Source of the DNA: Candidatus Methylomirabilis sp.
Lineage (GTDB): Bacteria; Oederibacteriota; PGYV01; DYJU01
Length of the DNA: 61,610 nucleotides
Reading direction: 5' to 3'
Assembly: GCA_020722985.1 (NCBI GenBank)
Contig: DYJU01000002.1
Coordinates: 1-61,610 of the forward strand
Shown here: piece by piece, positions 31,635 to 43,838 of the stretch
Layout: the number at the start of each line of letters is the position of its first letter
Numbering within the stretch: the first letter of the stretch is position 1
Notes under the pieces: generated by a model
The model's database searches: none
What the model saw: the letters and a program-made list of their open reading frames with translations, nothing else
What the model was told of the DNA's origin: nothing
Program-made: the position numbers and the translations under genes

Positions 31635-32872
31635 TTCCTTTTTATTTATTCAATAATATCAGTAATAATACCTGCTCCTACTGTCCTCCCGCCTTCTCTT
31701 ATCGCAAACCTTAACTCCTTTTCCATCGCTATCGGCGTTATTAATTCTACTTCCATCTCAACGTTATCTCCAGGCATCACCATCTCTACTCCCTGCGGCA
31801 ACTTTATTGACCCTGTTACATCTGTCGTCCTGAAATAAAACTGCGGCCTGTAATTGCTAAAAAATGGCGTATGCCTACCACCCTCATCCTTCGTCAATAT
31901 ATATACCTTCCCCTTGAATTTCTTATGCGGCGTTATTGAACCAGGCTTTGCTATTACCTGCCCTCTCTCTATCCCATCCTTCTCTACCCCCCTTAATAAT
32001 AATCCTACATTGTCTCCGGCTATCCCTTCATCCAACAACTTCCTGAACATCTCTATCCCTGTTACTACCGTCTTATATGTATCTCTTATACCCACTATCT
32101 CTACTTCTTCATTTAATTTTACCTTCCCCCTCTCTATCCTTCCTGTCGCTACTGTCCCTCTTCCTGTTATCGAAAATACATCCTCTACCGCCATTAAAAA
32201 TGGCTTTTCTATCTCTCTCTTTGGCTCCGGTATATATGTGTCTAATGCTTCCATCAACTCTAATATCTTTTTTCCCCATTCCCCTTCTGGCTCCTGTAAT
32301 GCCTTTATCGCTGACCCCCTTATCACCGGCACTTTATCCCCAGGAAATTCATACTTCTTCAATAAATCCCTTGTCTCCTCTTCTACTAAATCTAATATCT
32401 CCGGATCTTCTACTAAATCTACCTTATTCAAAAATACTACTATATATGGCACTCCTACCTGCCTCGCCAACAATATATGTTCCCTCGTCTGTGGCATTGG
32501 ACCGTCTGCCGCTGATACTACTAATATCGCTCCATCCATCTGCGCTGCTCCTGTTATCATATTCTTCACATAATCCGCATGCCCAGGACAATCTACATGC
32601 GCATAATGCCTCTTCTCTGTCGAGTATTCTACATGGGATATCGCTATCGTTAATATCTTTGTCTCGTCTCTTCTCCCCTGCGCCGCTGATGCCTTTGCTA
32701 TCTCATCATATGATACATATTTCGATAATCCTTTCTTCTCCATTACTTTTGTCAATGCCGCTGTCAATGTCGTCTTACCATGATCAACATGCCCTATTGT
32801 CCCTACGTTTACATGCGGCTTTGTCCTCTCAAATTTAGGTTTACTCATATCTCTTCCTCCTTGTTCCTTTAT
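31635..32872 (-). repeat. Exact ~1.24 kb duplicate containing tuf, copy A (partner at 47145-48382).
   Basis: I compared the flanks base by base. Identity begins 11 nt past the stop and ends 24 nt upstream of the ATG. Three translated frames in the ORF track are identical between the copies. Confidence 0.85.
31646..32848 (-). CDS. tuf: Elongation factor Tu, copy A (str-operon position).
   Basis: [19 protein letters not shown] and SAI G-motifs. The 400-aa product is identical to copy B. Confidence 0.97.
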   Translation of the reverse strand: MSKPKFERTKPHVNVGTIGHVDHGKTTLTAALTKVMEKKGLSKYVSYDEIAKASAAQGRRDETKILTIAISHVEYSTEKRHYAHVDCPGHADYVKNMITGAAQMDGAILVVSAADGPMPQTREHILLARQVGVPYIVVFLNKVDLVEDPEILDLVEEETRDLLKKYEFPGDKVPVIRGSAIKALQEPEGEWGKKILELMEALDTYIPEPKREIEKPFLMAVEDVFSITGRGTVATGRIERGKVKLNEEVEIVGIRDTYKTVVTGIEMFRKLLDEGIAGDNVGLLLRGVEKDGIERGQVIAKPGSITPHKKFKGKVYILTKDEGGRHTPFFSNYRPQFYFRTTDVTGSIKLPQGVEMVMPGDNVEMEVELITPIAMEKELRFAIREGGRTVGAGIITDIIE

Positions 32873-34962
32873 GTTAACCTGTTACCGGCATATTTTTTAA
32901 GTATATCTTCTTTTAAATTATTTGGTACAGGTTCATAACTTGAAAATTGCATTGTATAATTAGCTCTACCTTGAGATAAAGACCTCAAATCAGTTGAATA
33001 TCCAAACATACCTGCCAGAGGAACGAAAGATTTTATAACCTGCACTTTCCCTTTCTTTTCTACTCTTTCTATTTTTCCTCTCCTTGCATTTAAATTCCCT
33101 ATTACATCGCCCATAAATTCTTCTGGAGTAACCACCTCTACTTCCATTATTGGTTCTAAAATTAAAGGTGAAGCTTTTTTGAATGCCTCTTTAAAAGCAA
33201 GCGAACCAGCTATTTTAAATGCTATTTCTGATGAATCAACCTCATGAAAAGAACCATCATATAAAGTTACAATCACGTCACATACTGGATAACCTGCTAT
33301 AACACCTGTTTCCATTGCTTCTTTTATTCCTTTATCAACTGCTGGAATATATTCTTTTGGTATAATTCCACCAACAATTTTATTAATAAATTTATAACCA
33401 GCCCCTTTTTTATTCGGTTCTACTTCTAAAATTACATGTCCATACTGTCCTCTACCACCTGTTTGCCTTATATATTTTCCTTCTGCAGATGCTTTTTGTG
33501 ATATTGTTTCCCTATAAGCTACTTCAGGTCTACCTATATTTGCTTCAACATTAAATTCTCTTTTCATTCTGTCAACAATTATTTCAAGATGTAGTTCTCC
33601 CATACCTGATATTATAGTTTGTCCTGTTTCCGGATCTGTTTTAATTTTAAATGTCGGATCTTCTTCTGCAAGTTTATTTAGAGCAACACCCATTTTTTCC
33701 TGATCAACGCGCGTTTTGGGTTCAACAGCAACAAAAATAACCGGTTCTGGAAATAAAATTTTTTCAAGTATAATTGGATGATTTTCATTACTCAAAGTAT
33801 CACCTGTAAAAGTATTTTTCAAACCAACAGTTGCAACTATATCACCGGAATGTGCTTTTTTTATGTCGTACCTTTGATTCGCATGCATCCTTAAAAGCCT
33901 GGCTATACGTTCTTTTACTTTTTGGGTTGAATTATAAATATAAGAACCTGTTTCAATTTTGCCAGAATAAATTCTAAAATAAGTCAACCTGCCCACATAA
34001 GGGTCTGTGACTATTTTAAAAGCAAGTGCAGTAAATGGTTCATCATCATTAATTTTCCTTTCTATTATTTCTTCTTCATTATCGGGATTAAAACCTTTAA
34101 TCGTTCCAAGGTCATCAGGAGAAGGTAAAAAATTTACAACTGCATCTAAAACTGGCTGAACACCTTTATTTTTAAAAGCACTACCGCATAAAACAGGCAC
34201 TATAGAAAAAGAAAGTGTTCCTTTTCTTATTGCCCTTATTATATTTTCTGATGGTATTTGTTTCCCTTCTAAAAAATCATTCATTACTTCTTCGTCAAAA
34301 TCCGATATTATTTCTATCATTTTTTCTCTATTTGTTTCTGCTTCAAATTTAAATTCTTCTGGAATATCTATTATTTCATATTTTGCACCTAAGGTTTCTT
34401 CCAACCATATAACTGCCTTCATTTCTATTAAATCAATAACCCCTTTAAATTTATCTTCTGTGCCAATCGGCAATTGAATTGGGAGAGGTTTTGCAGATAA
34501 TTTAGTTTCAATACTGTTTACAGACATCCAAAAATCAGCTCCAACTCTATCCATCTTATTTAAAAAAACAATCCTTGGAACTTTGTATTTGTCTGCCTGT
34601 CTCCATACTGTTTCTGTTTGGGGTTCAACTCCGTTTACAGAATCAAAAACAGCCACAGCACCATCTAATACCCTTAAACTGCGTTCAACTTCAATTGTAA
34701 AATCAACGTGTCCAGGGGTATCTATAATATTTATTTTATGTTCTTTCCAGAAACAGGTTGTTGCCGCAGAAGTTATCGTTATACCACGTTCTTTTTCCTG
34801 TTCCATCCAATCCATTGTTGCAGAGCCATCATGAACTTCACCAAGTTTATGCACTTTACCGGTATAATATAAAATTCTTTCTGTTAATGTGGTTTTCCCT
34901 GCATCAATATGTGCCATTATACCTATGTTTCTTACTTTTTTTAAAGGATATTCACGAGTCAT
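32869..34962 (-). CDS. fusA: Elongation factor G.
   Basis: AHIDAGKTT and canonical ERGITI. The start ATG at 34962 (MTREYPL) lies 8 nt after AAGGAG. The ORF-track start at 34971 is a GTG inside the SD region. Confidence 0.96.
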   Translation of the reverse strand: MTREYPLKKVRNIGIMAHIDAGKTTLTERILYYTGKVHKLGEVHDGSATMDWMEQEKERGITITSAATTCFWKEHKINIIDTPGHVDFTIEVERSLRVLDGAVAVFDSVNGVEPQTETVWRQADKYKVPRIVFLNKMDRVGADFWMSVNSIETKLSAKPLPIQLPIGTEDKFKGVIDLIEMKAVIWLEETLGAKYEIIDIPEEFKFEAETNREKMIEIISDFDEEVMNDFLEGKQIPSENIIRAIRKGTLSFSIVPVLCGSAFKNKGVQPVLDAVVNFLPSPDDLGTIKGFNPDNEEEIIERKINDDEPFTALAFKIVTDPYVGRLTYFRIYSGKIETGSYIYNSTQKVKERIARLLRMHANQRYDIKKAHSGDIVATVGLKNTFTGDTLSNENHPIILEKILFPEPVIFVAVEPKTRVDQEKMGVALNKLAEEDPTFKIKTDPETGQTIISGMGELHLEIIVDRMKREFNVEANIGRPEVAYRETISQKASAEGKYIRQTGGRGQYGHVILEVEPNKKGAGYKFINKIVGGIIPKEYIPAVDKGIKEAMETGVIAGYPVCDVIVTLYDGSFHEVDSSEIAFKIAGSLAFKEAFKKASPLILEPIMEVEVVTPEEFMGDVIGNLNARRGKIERVEKKGKVQVIKSFVPLAGMFGYSTDLRSLSQGRANYTMQFSSYEPVPNNLKEDILKKYAGNRLT

Positions 34963-34980
34963 AAATAACACTCCTTAGAT

Positions 34981-35448
34981 TTACCATTTAAAATGCGCAA
35001 AAGCTTTATTAGCTTCTGCCATTTTATGCGTTTCTTCTTTTTTCTTTACTGCCCCACCTTCATTTGCTGCTGCTGCTAAAATTTCATTCGCCAATTTTTC
35101 CATCATACTTTTTTCTTTTCTTTCTCTTGCAGCATTAACTATCCACCGAATTGCAAGCGACAATCTCCGTTCAGGCTCAACTTCTACAGGTATTAAATAA
35201 TTTGCTCCACCAATTCTTCTTGATTTTAACTCAAGCATTGGTTTTACATTTTCAAGCGCTGTTTTATAAACTTGTATTGGTTCTTTGCCCTGCTTTGCAA
35301 TGATTTCAAATGCACCATAAATAATTTTTTCCGCAACGCTTTTTTCCCCGTCAAGCATTACACAATTTATTAATCTGGAAACAAAAACATTATTATATTT
35401 TGGGTCTGGCGCAATGTCTCTTTCTTCTCTTTTTTTCCTTCTACCCAT
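34981..35448 (-). CDS. rpsG: Ribosomal protein uS7.
   Basis: ...LELKSRRIGGANYLIPVEV...; the str operon order supports it. Confidence 0.95.
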   Translation of the reverse strand: MGRRKKREERDIAPDPKYNNVFVSRLINCVMLDGEKSVAEKIIYGAFEIIAKQGKEPIQVYKTALENVKPMLELKSRRIGGANYLIPVEVEPERRLSLAIRWIVNAARERKEKSMMEKLANEILAAAANEGGAVKKKEETHKMAEANKAFAHFKW

Positions 35449-35466
35449 TTAGTTTTTCTCCTATTT

Positions 35467-35865
35467 TTAAGTTTTTTTAACCTCTTTAGGTTTTTTAGCT
35501 CCATATTTGGATCTGCCCTGTTTCCTATCCGCGACTCCTAAAGTATCAAGTGTTCCTCTTATAGTATGATATCTTACTCCCGGCAAATCTTTTACTCTTC
35601 CACCTCTTATAAGCACAATTGAATGCTCCTGCAAGTTATGCCCCACACCAGGTATATAACTTATAACTTCCATTTTATTGGTGAGTCTAACCCTTGCTAC
35701 TTTCCGCAACGCAGAATTTGGTTTTTTCGGAGTTACAATATATACTCTTGTGCAAACTCCTCTTTTCTGTGGACAACCCTTTAATGCAGGAGCGCTTGTT
35801 TTTTTTCTCTGTATTTTCCTGCCTTTTTTAATTAATTGATTTATAGTAGGCAATTTTTCCTCCAT
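35467..35865 (-). CDS. rpsL: Ribosomal protein uS12.
   Basis: [12 protein letters not shown]...[10 protein letters not shown]. An alternative TTG start at 35853 (GGAGGAAAAA-TTG) would give the canonical MPTINQL N-terminus. Confidence 0.95.
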   Translation of the reverse strand: MEEKLPTINQLIKKGRKIQRKKTSAPALKGCPQKRGVCTRVYIVTPKKPNSALRKVARVRLTNKMEVISYIPGVGHNLQEHSIVLIRGGRVKDLPGVRYHTIRGTLDTLGVADRKQGRSKYGAKKPKEVKKT

Positions 35866-35894
35866 AAAAATCTTTTTTTATATATTTTAAATGC

Positions 35895-35919
35895 AAAAAG
35901 ACGGAAAAACTTTTCCGTC
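35895..35919 (-). terminator. Intrinsic-terminator-like hairpin with a T-tract in the rpoC-rpsL spacer.
   Basis: On the minus strand, GACGGAAAAgtTTTTCCGTC is followed by TTTTT. It is flanked by A-rich sequence, so it could act in both directions. Confidence 0.5.
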
Positions 35920-35980
35920 TTTATTTATTCAAAAAAGTCTTTCCTAAGAAATCTTAAAAGAACATTAAAATAACTTAAAT

Positions 35981-36008
35981 ATTATATAAATTCTTAAAAG
36001 ATTGTCAA
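35981..36008 (-). promoter_or_regulatory. Sigma70-like promoter, TTGACA-16nt-TATAAT, upstream of rpsL.
   Basis: Both consensus hexamers are read on the minus strand (-35 at 36008-36003, -10 at 35986-35981), 10 nt after the rpoC stop. Confidence 0.4.
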
Positions 36009-36017
36009 TAAAAAAAT

Positions 36018-39000
36018 TTACTCTTTTTTAACTTTTTTTGAATATTTTCTCCTTTCTATTTTTTTAAATTTTTTAAATTTTTCAACTCCAGTCCCTGCTG
36101 AAATTAAATGACCAATAATAACATTTTCTTTTAAACCTTTTAAATTATCTATTTTCCCGTTGACCGCAGCATCTATTAAAGCACGGGTTGTTTCCTGAAA
36201 TGAAGCAGCCGATATAAAACTTTCTGTTGAAAGAGCTGCTTTTGTTATGCCGAGTAATAACGGTTTGCCTTTTGCTGGAAATTTACCTTCTTTGATAACC
36301 TTTTCATTTTCTTTTTCAAATTCAAATCTATCAACCTGCTCATCAATTAAAAACTTAGTATCACCAGGGTCTTCTATTTTAACTTTCTTCATCATCTGAC
36401 GAATTATCACTTCAATGTGTTTATCATGGATGGTAACGCCCTGTAATCTATAAACTTCCTGTATTTTATTCAACAAATACTGCTGAACAGCACTTTCCCC
36501 GCGAACATTTAAAATATCATGTGGATTTATATTACCATCTATTAATTGTTCACCTGATTCTACTATATCACCCTGTCTTACATTAACATATTTACCTGAC
36601 TGAATTGTATATTGTTTTTTAAACCCACTATCATTTTGAATAATAATTTTTCTTGACCCATCTTTTTCGTCTTCCTCAATAATAACCCTCCCATCTATCT
36701 CTGCAATTAATGCCTGATTCTTAGGTTTTCTGGCTTCAAAAAGTTCTGCAACACGTGGTAATCCGCCTGTTATATCTCTTGTTTTCATGAGTTCACGCGG
36801 GAATTTTGCTAAAATTTTTCCTACCTCAACTTTTTCTCCGTCGTTAACTTCTAAACGCGCACCAACAGGAATCGAATAAGATAAAAGAACTTCATTTTTT
36901 TCATCTAAAATGCTTATATGAGGATATTTCTTTTTATCTCTACTTTCAATAATGAATTTCCCATATTGTCCTGTTGTAACATCTGTTTGTTCAATCATGG
37001 TATCTTCATCAATATCATCAAACCTGACTATCCCTTCTTTTTCAGTAAAAATAGGTATATTGTAAAGATCCCAAAGGCCAATAATATCACCTACTTTTAT
37101 TTCATCTCCATCTTTTACTTTTAATGTAGTTCCATAAGGTATATGCAATAATTCTCTTTCAACATTTTTTTCATCATATATACTTATCTCTGCATTCCTA
37201 TTCGTAACAATCATATCTTTTTCCTGATTTACAATATATTTTAAATTAGAAAATGTAACTTTACCATCATGCTTTGCTCTTATTTCTTTTTGTTCAACAA
37301 TCCTGCTAGCTGTCCCGCCAACATGGAATGTTCTCAAAGTCAATTGTGTACCTGGTTCACCTATGGATTGAGCGGCAATTATACCTACCGCTTCTCCTAA
37401 TTCTACCAATCTTCCAGTTGTAAGATCTGCTCCATAACATTTTGCGCATACTCCATTTTTAGTTTCGCAAGTTAAAACCGACCTTACTCTTATTTTTTCA
37501 TAACCTGCCTCTTCTATCTGTTTTGCAATGGCAGGCGTTATCAGCGAATTAGCCTTAACTATTACCTCGTCAGTTATTAAATCAACAACATTGTCAAGCG
37601 CAACACACCATGATATTCTATCGCTTAATGACTCTATAACTTCTCCACCTTCTTTTATAGCAGTTATATTTATACCATTTACAGTTCCGCAATCTTCTTC
37701 TGTAACTATAACATCCTGAGCCACATCAATTAATCTTCTTGTTAAGTATCCAGCCTCAGCAGTTTTTAAAGCAGTGTCAGCTAATCCTTTTCTTGCTCCG
37801 TGAGTTGAAATAAAATATTCAGTAACTGTTAAACCTTCTCTAAAATTTGATACTATAGGTGTTTCAATAATTTCACCTATACCGCCTGTTATTTTCTTCT
37901 GGGGTTTTGCCATAAGACCTCTCATAGCCGCAAGCTGACGGATCTGCAATTTAGAACCCCTCGCACCTGAATCCGCCATCATAAACACAGGATTAAACCC
38001 ACTTTTATCCTCCTCAAGTTCTTTCATCATATATTCTGATACTTTATCAGTAGTCCTTATCCAGATATCAATTATCGAATTATATCTTTCACCTTCTGTT
38101 ATTGTTCCTTTTTCAAAAAGTTTACGTATATTTTGTGTCTCTTTTTCTGCTTTTAAAACCAGTTCTTCCTTCTCTTTCGGTATTTTTAAATCTTCAATAC
38201 CTATTGTCATGCCGGATAAAGTGGCATATTTAAAACCTAATTCTTTCATTTTATCAAGAACATCTGCTGTTTCTTTTGTTCCATACTGTTCAAAAATTCT
38301 TGAAATAAGTTTTGTAATCTGTTTTTTATCCATTTTATCATTAACGAATTCAATATTTTCTGGAAGTATTTTATTAAAAATTATTCTGCCTATGGTTGTT
38401 TCAACTTTTTTATTTTTCATCTTTACAATTATTTTTTCATTTAATCCTATGATATCATGATTATACGCTATTAATGCTTCCTCATCCGAATAAAATATCT
38501 TTTTGTGATCAGTTCCTTTTTTTTCTTTTGTAAGATAATAAAGTCCTAAAACTATATCCTGATTAGGAACTGTTATAGGTTTTCCGCTGGCTGGCGAAAT
38601 AATATTGAGCGAAGAAAGCATCAGGAATCTCGCTTCTATTTGTGCTTCATATGAAAGTGGTATATGAACAGCCATCTGGTCTCCGTCAAAATCAGCGTTA
38701 AAACCACCGCACACAAGAGGATGCAATGTTATGGCATTACCTTCTATAAGTATTGGCTCAAACGCCTGGATAGAATGTCTATGCAAAGTTGGAGCACGGT
38801 TTAATAAGACAACATGGTCTTTCAAAATATCCTCTAATATATCCCATACTTCTGCTCGGATATGCTCAACCATTTTCTTTGCACTCTTAATTGTATAACC
38901 CATTTCCTGGACTTTGTTAATAATAAACGGTTTAAAAAGTTCTAAAGCAATTTTTTTTGGCAATCCGCATTGATATAATTTAAGAGTAGGACCTACAACA

Positions 39001-40136
39001 ATCACTGACCTTGCCGAATAGTCAACCCTTTTACCTAAAAGATTTTGTCTGAAACGTCCCTGCTTTCCTTTTAACATATCACTTAAAGATTTTAGAGGTC
39101 TATTTCTTGCACCTAAAACAGGGCTTCCATGCCTGCCATTATCAAATAAAGCATCCACAGCTTCTTGTATCATCCTTTTTTCATTTTTTATAATTAATTC
39201 AGGTGCATTTATAGTCATTAATCTCTTTAATCTATTGTTTCTGTTTAAAATTCTTCTATATAAATCATTAAGATCTGATGTCACAAATCTTCCACCATCT
39301 AATTGAACGAGAGGCCTTAATTCCGGAGGTATAACAGGTAAAACATCCAGAACCATCCATTCTGGTTTATTTCCAGATTTCCTGAATGCTTCAATGACTT
39401 TTAACCTTTTTATTATATCCTTTTTTTTCTGCATTGAGGATACTTTTCTTATTTCGTTTCGTAATTCTCTTGCTAATTTATCAAGATTTAATTCTTTAAG
39501 CAATGTCTTGATTGCCTCTGCACCAATCTGGGCATTAAAATTATCTCCGTATTTTTCTTTTAACTTTGCATATTCATCTTCATTTATTAAATCATATTTC
39601 CTGAATTCTGTTGCATCTCCGGGGTCTATCACTATGTAGTTCTCATAATATGCAACCCTTTCCAAATTTTTAGTTGATAAATTCAATAAATAGGATAATT
39701 TACTCGGAACACCCTTTAAAAACCATATATGAACAACCGGGACAGCAAGTTCTATATGCCCCATTCTTTCCCTTCTAACCTTAGATTCTGTAACTTCTAC
39801 TAAACATTTATCACAAACAGTACCTTTATATCTCTGCTTTTTATATTTTCCACAGGCGCATTCATAATCTTTTATTGGACCAAAAATTCTTTCGCAGAAT
39901 AAACCTTCAAATTCTGGTTTAAATGTTCTGTAATTAATTGTTTCTGGTTTTTTTACCTCACCTCTTGACCATAATCTTATAATTTCAGGTGATGCCAGAG
40001 AAATTTTTATCGCATTAAAATCAATTTCCTTTAATTTTTTCTCTTCTGTTGTTTGTAATAAATCTATTAAATCTTTTTTTACATTCTCATATTTCTCAAT
40101 TATTTTTTTCTTTTTCTTCTTTGAATCCTTAGGCAT
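36018..40136 (-). CDS. rpoC: DNA-directed RNA polymerase beta' subunit.
   Basis: [12 protein letters not shown] catalytic motif; 1372 aa. Confidence 0.97.
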   Translation of the reverse strand: MPKDSKKKKKKIIEKYENVKKDLIDLLQTTEEKKLKEIDFNAIKISLASPEIIRLWSRGEVKKPETINYRTFKPEFEGLFCERIFGPIKDYECACGKYKKQRYKGTVCDKCLVEVTESKVRRERMGHIELAVPVVHIWFLKGVPSKLSYLLNLSTKNLERVAYYENYIVIDPGDATEFRKYDLINEDEYAKLKEKYGDNFNAQIGAEAIKTLLKELNLDKLARELRNEIRKVSSMQKKKDIIKRLKVIEAFRKSGNKPEWMVLDVLPVIPPELRPLVQLDGGRFVTSDLNDLYRRILNRNNRLKRLMTINAPELIIKNEKRMIQEAVDALFDNGRHGSPVLGARNRPLKSLSDMLKGKQGRFRQNLLGKRVDYSARSVIVVGPTLKLYQCGLPKKIALELFKPFIINKVQEMGYTIKSAKKMVEHIRAEVWDILEDILKDHVVLLNRAPTLHRHSIQAFEPILIEGNAITLHPLVCGGFNADFDGDQMAVHIPLSYEAQIEARFLMLSSLNIISPASGKPITVPNQDIVLGLYYLTKEKKGTDHKKIFYSDEEALIAYNHDIIGLNEKIIVKMKNKKVETTIGRIIFNKILPENIEFVNDKMDKKQITKLISRIFEQYGTKETADVLDKMKELGFKYATLSGMTIGIEDLKIPKEKEELVLKAEKETQNIRKLFEKGTITEGERYNSIIDIWIRTTDKVSEYMMKELEEDKSGFNPVFMMADSGARGSKLQIRQLAAMRGLMAKPQKKITGGIGEIIETPIVSNFREGLTVTEYFISTHGARKGLADTALKTAEAGYLTRRLIDVAQDVIVTEEDCGTVNGINITAIKEGGEVIESLSDRISWCVALDNVVDLITDEVIVKANSLITPAIAKQIEEAGYEKIRVRSVLTCETKNGVCAKCYGADLTTGRLVELGEAVGIIAAQSIGEPGTQLTLRTFHVGGTASRIVEQKEIRAKHDGKVTFSNLKYIVNQEKDMIVTNRNAEISIYDEKNVERELLHIPYGTTLKVKDGDEIKVGDIIGLWDLYNIPIFTEKEGIVRFDDIDEDTMIEQTDVTTGQYGKFIIESRDKKKYPHISILDEKNEVLLSYSIPVGARLEVNDGEKVEVGKILAKFPRELMKTRDITGGLPRVAELFEARKPKNQALIAEIDGRVIIEEDEKDGSRKIIIQNDSGFKKQYTIQSGKYVNVRQGDIVESGEQLIDGNINPHDILNVRGESAVQQYLLNKIQEVYRLQGVTIHDKHIEVIIRQMMKKVKIEDPGDTKFLIDEQVDRFEFEKENEKVIKEGKFPAKGKPLLLGITKAALSTESFISAASFQETTRALIDAAVNGKIDNLKGLKENVIIGHLISAGTGVEKFKKFKKIERRKYSKKVKKE

Positions 40137-40150
40137 AAAAAAATCTCCTT

Positions 40151-43100
40151 TTAACTGTTTTTAGTAGATTTTTTCTTTTTTACAAGTTCAATATTAAGGG
40201 CTAAACCTTGCAACTCTTTAACAAGAACATTAAAAGATTCCGGAATTCCAGGTTCGGAAATATTTTTACCTCTAACTATAGCTTCATATAATTTTTTTCT
40301 ACCTTCTACGTCATCGCTTTTTACCGTTAACATCTCCTGCAAGGTATATGCGGCGCCATAAGCTTCTAATGCCCATACTTCCATTTCTCCAAATCTTTGA
40401 CCGCCAAATTGCGCTTTCCCGCCAAGTGGCTGCTGTGTTATAAGTGAATAAGGTCCTATTGACCTTGCGTGAATCTTGTCATCAACCATATGTATAAGTT
40501 TCATCATATACATTACGCCAACCGTAACTCTATTCTCAAAAGGTTCGCCTGTCCTTCCATCATATAAAATAGTTTTACCATCCTCATCAATATTAGCCTT
40601 TTTTAACCATTCCTTAATTTCTTGCTCCTTTATTCCATTAAATACAGGCGTCATAAATTTTACTTTTAAATTTTTGGCAGCGTATCCAAGTTGGGTTTCC
40701 AATAATTGCCCCACATTCATTCTTGATGGGACACCAAGAGGATTTAAGATAATATCAACCGGAGTTCCATCTGCAAGGAAAGGCATATCTTCTACTCGTA
40801 ATATTCTGGAAACAACCCCTTTATTACCATGCCTTCCTGATAATTTATCTCCTACCGAAACTTTCCTCTTTTTTGCAACTAATACTTTAACAATTTTATT
40901 TACACCTGGTGGTAAATCATCATTTTTAAAATTTTTTAAATTTCTAAATTCATCTTCAATTTTTTGTTTTGTAAATTCATAATATGCTTTTTCTAATAAA
41001 ATTAATTTTTCCTTTTCTTCTTTACTTATATCTTTATTTTCAATTTCCTTTAATCTTTCTTTGTAATTTTTTTCTATATCCTGTATTTTTAAATTTCTAT
41101 CTTTTTTTAATTTTTCTATTTTTTCATTCTCTTTATCTTTCCGCTTCCCTCTTTCTTTACGCGAAAATTCACGTATATCAATAACTATCCCTTCTATACC
41201 TGGTGGAACTCTTAAGGATGAATCTTTAACTTCATCCGCTTTAGAGCCAAAAATCGCCTTTAATAATTTTTCTTCTGGCGTAAAATTACTCGCTGTTATT
41301 GGGGTTACTTTTCCAACCAGTATGTCCCCTGGCTTAACATAAGCCCCTATTCTTACTATACCATTTATATCAAGATTCTTAAGCGAATCTTCACTAACAT
41401 TAGGAATGTCCCTTGAAATTTCTTCAGGTCCCAATTTCGTATCACGTGCTTCTATTTCATATTCTTCTATATGAACAGAAGTAAATGTATCATTTTTCAA
41501 TAAATTTTCACTTACTATTATAGCATCTTCATAGTTATATCCAAACCATGGCAGGAAAGCAACAAGGACATTTTTTCCGAGTGCAAGTTCCCCTTTATCC
41601 ATAGCAGAACCATCAGCAATTATTTCTCCTTCCTTTACTATCTGACCTTTTTTAACCAGTGGTTTTTCATTTATAGCAGTATCCTGATTTGTTCTTTTGA
41701 ATTTTTTTAAATGATATATTTCTAAATTTTCTTTTATATTTTCGTCATCCTTTGTGTCTTTTAAAATAACAATTGTTTCCGCATCAACAAAAATTACAGT
41801 TCCCGAACTTCTTGCTATAACTGCTCTACCTGAATCAATCGCTGTTTTTTTCTCCATTCCAGTTCCAACAAGTGGAGCTTCAGTCATAAGTAAAGGAACA
41901 CCCTGACGTTGCATATTAGAACCCATAAGTGCCCTATTAGCATCATCATGTTCTAAAAATGGAACTAAAGATGCTGCAACAGAAACAACCTGTTTTGGTG
42001 AAATATCAATATAATCTATTTTATCTGGTGGTACTAATGGAAAATCGCCCCTAAATCTTGCAAGCACTGGATCCTGAATAATTTTACCTTTTTCATCAGT
42101 CTTAACATCAGAAGGTCCAATATAAAACTCATCTTCCTTATCCGCAGCCAAATAATCAATTTCATTTGTTAAAACTCCATTTTTTACTTTTCTATAGGGT
42201 GTTTCTATAAAACCATATTCATTAACCCTTGCGTAAATTGCAAGCGACGTTATAAGCCCTATATTTTGTCCTTCTGGTGTTTCAATAGGACATAAACGGC
42301 CATAATGAGTATAATGAACATCCCTTACTTCAAAGCCGGCTCTTTCTCTGTTTAACCCGCCCGGTCCTAATGCTGATATCCTTCTTTTATGAGTAAGTTC
42401 TGCAAGAGGATTTACCTGATCCATAAATTGTGAAAGCTGTGAACTTCCAAAAAATTCCCTTAATACAGCAACCAGAGGTTTGGGATTTATAAGATTAGCT
42501 GGCATTGCATTTTTCATATCAATTATTGTCATTTTTTCCCTGACCATTCTTTCAACTCTGGCAAGACCTGCTCTGAATTGATTTTCAACTAATTCACCTA
42601 CGCTTCTTACCCTCCTGTTTCCGAGATGGTCAATATCGCTTTTTTCAAGACCTTTAAAATTTATTTCATAAAATTTTTTTATTGTTTCAATTATATCTTC
42701 TTCCGTTAAAATTTTTTCATTAGCGTTTTTCAATCCTATTATCTTATTTAATTTATATCTTCCAACATATCCTAAATTATATCTTTTCGGATCAAAAAAT
42801 AATCCTTTAAAAAGATTGGCAGCCGCATTTAAAATAGCATGTTCCCCTGGCCGCATCTTTTTATATATTTCAAATAATGCGTTTTCTGAGTTTTTACATT
42901 TATCTTTTTCCATTGTTTTTAATAATATAACATATGGATTTCCCTCGTCAAAAACAATTGTTGAAATTTTTTTTACTTCTAATTTTTTTATTTTTTCAAA
43001 CAATTGACTGCTTATCAAATTTCCCGCTTCGGCAATAATTTCTCCTGTCGCTTTATCTATTATATCTTTTGCTAAAATTCTACCAATTATATCTTTATCA

Positions 43101-43813
43101 TTAATTTCAACATTTTCGGATTTAAAAAATAAAGAAAGAATATCTTCGTTAGAACCTTTGGATTTGTCATTTTTATCATACCTTAATGCTCTTAAAAAAG
43201 TTGTCAATAAAAATTTCTTTTTTCTATCAAGCACAATATATGTTATCTCGTTTAAATCAAACTGTATCTCTATCCATGTTCCGCGATAAGGAACTATACG
43301 TGCAACATAAGTTGAAGATCCCTTAAATGTCTCTTCTTCGATTTCTTCTTCAAAGCTTACACCAGGTGATCTATGTAATTGACTGACTATAACCCTTTCT
43401 GCGCCATTAATAATAAATGTCCCTCTAGGTGTCATCAAAGGAACATCACAAAGATAAATAGTCTGTTCTGGAGCTTCTTTTACTTCCTTAGAACCTGTTT
43501 TTTCATCAATTTCTTTTATTATTAACCTAAAAATTCCTTTTAAAGAAGCTGCAAAAGATTCTCCCCTTTCTATACACTCATCAACTAAATACTTTGGTTT
43601 CCCGAATTCATAACCAATAAACTGTAAAACATATTTTCCGTTATAATCTTCTATCGGGAATATGCTGTTAAACACTTCCTGAAGTCCCTGATTTTTTCTT
43701 TTATCAGGCGGAATATCTATCATTAAAAATTCTTTATAAGATTTTTTCTGAATCTCCATCAGATCTGGAATTTCAAGAATTTCTTCTATATTTCCCTTTT
43801 GCTTTATTCTCAC
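40151..43813 (-). CDS. rpoB: DNA-directed RNA polymerase beta subunit.
   Basis: [15 protein letters not shown] and [16 protein letters not shown]; 1220 aa. Confidence 0.97.
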   Translation of the reverse strand: MRIKQKGNIEEILEIPDLMEIQKKSYKEFLMIDIPPDKRKNQGLQEVFNSIFPIEDYNGKYVLQFIGYEFGKPKYLVDECIERGESFAASLKGIFRLIIKEIDEKTGSKEVKEAPEQTIYLCDVPLMTPRGTFIINGAERVIVSQLHRSPGVSFEEEIEEETFKGSSTYVARIVPYRGTWIEIQFDLNEITYIVLDRKKKFLLTTFLRALRYDKNDKSKGSNEDILSLFFKSENVEINDKDIIGRILAKDIIDKATGEIIAEAGNLISSQLFEKIKKLEVKKISTIVFDEGNPYVILLKTMEKDKCKNSENALFEIYKKMRPGEHAILNAAANLFKGLFFDPKRYNLGYVGRYKLNKIIGLKNANEKILTEEDIIETIKKFYEINFKGLEKSDIDHLGNRRVRSVGELVENQFRAGLARVERMVREKMTIIDMKNAMPANLINPKPLVAVLREFFGSSQLSQFMDQVNPLAELTHKRRISALGPGGLNRERAGFEVRDVHYTHYGRLCPIETPEGQNIGLITSLAIYARVNEYGFIETPYRKVKNGVLTNEIDYLAADKEDEFYIGPSDVKTDEKGKIIQDPVLARFRGDFPLVPPDKIDYIDISPKQVVSVAASLVPFLEHDDANRALMGSNMQRQGVPLLMTEAPLVGTGMEKKTAIDSGRAVIARSSGTVIFVDAETIVILKDTKDDENIKENLEIYHLKKFKRTNQDTAINEKPLVKKGQIVKEGEIIADGSAMDKGELALGKNVLVAFLPWFGYNYEDAIIVSENLLKNDTFTSVHIEEYEIEARDTKLGPEEISRDIPNVSEDSLKNLDINGIVRIGAYVKPGDILVGKVTPITASNFTPEEKLLKAIFGSKADEVKDSSLRVPPGIEGIVIDIREFSRKERGKRKDKENEKIEKLKKDRNLKIQDIEKNYKERLKEIENKDISKEEKEKLILLEKAYYEFTKQKIEDEFRNLKNFKNDDLPPGVNKIVKVLVAKKRKVSVGDKLSGRHGNKGVVSRILRVEDMPFLADGTPVDIILNPLGVPSRMNVGQLLETQLGYAAKNLKVKFMTPVFNGIKEQEIKEWLKKANIDEDGKTILYDGRTGEPFENRVTVGVMYMMKLIHMVDDKIHARSIGPYSLITQQPLGGKAQFGGQRFGEMEVWALEAYGAAYTLQEMLTVKSDDVEGRKKLYEAIVRGKNISEPGIPESFNVLVKELQGLALNIELVKKKKSTKNS

Positions 43814-43838
43814 TGGTTGATACTCCTTTAAATAAGAT

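Noticed and set aside
31854-32838. Long antisense ORFs inside tuf (31854-32573 and 32077-32838; the same pair in copy B at 47364-48083 and 47587-48348).
   Set aside because: The products are S/L/P-rich and low-complexity, and the ORFs lie fully inside a highly conserved gene. Their openness is explained by the sense strand avoiding pyrimidine-ending codons. They are reported as a compositional anomaly, not as genes.
40476-40982. Antisense ORFs within rpoB, rpoC, the GT-C gene (for example 56467-57045), dnaB, ruvB and other genes.
   Set aside because: All are embedded antisense in strongly supported genes and give low-complexity translations.
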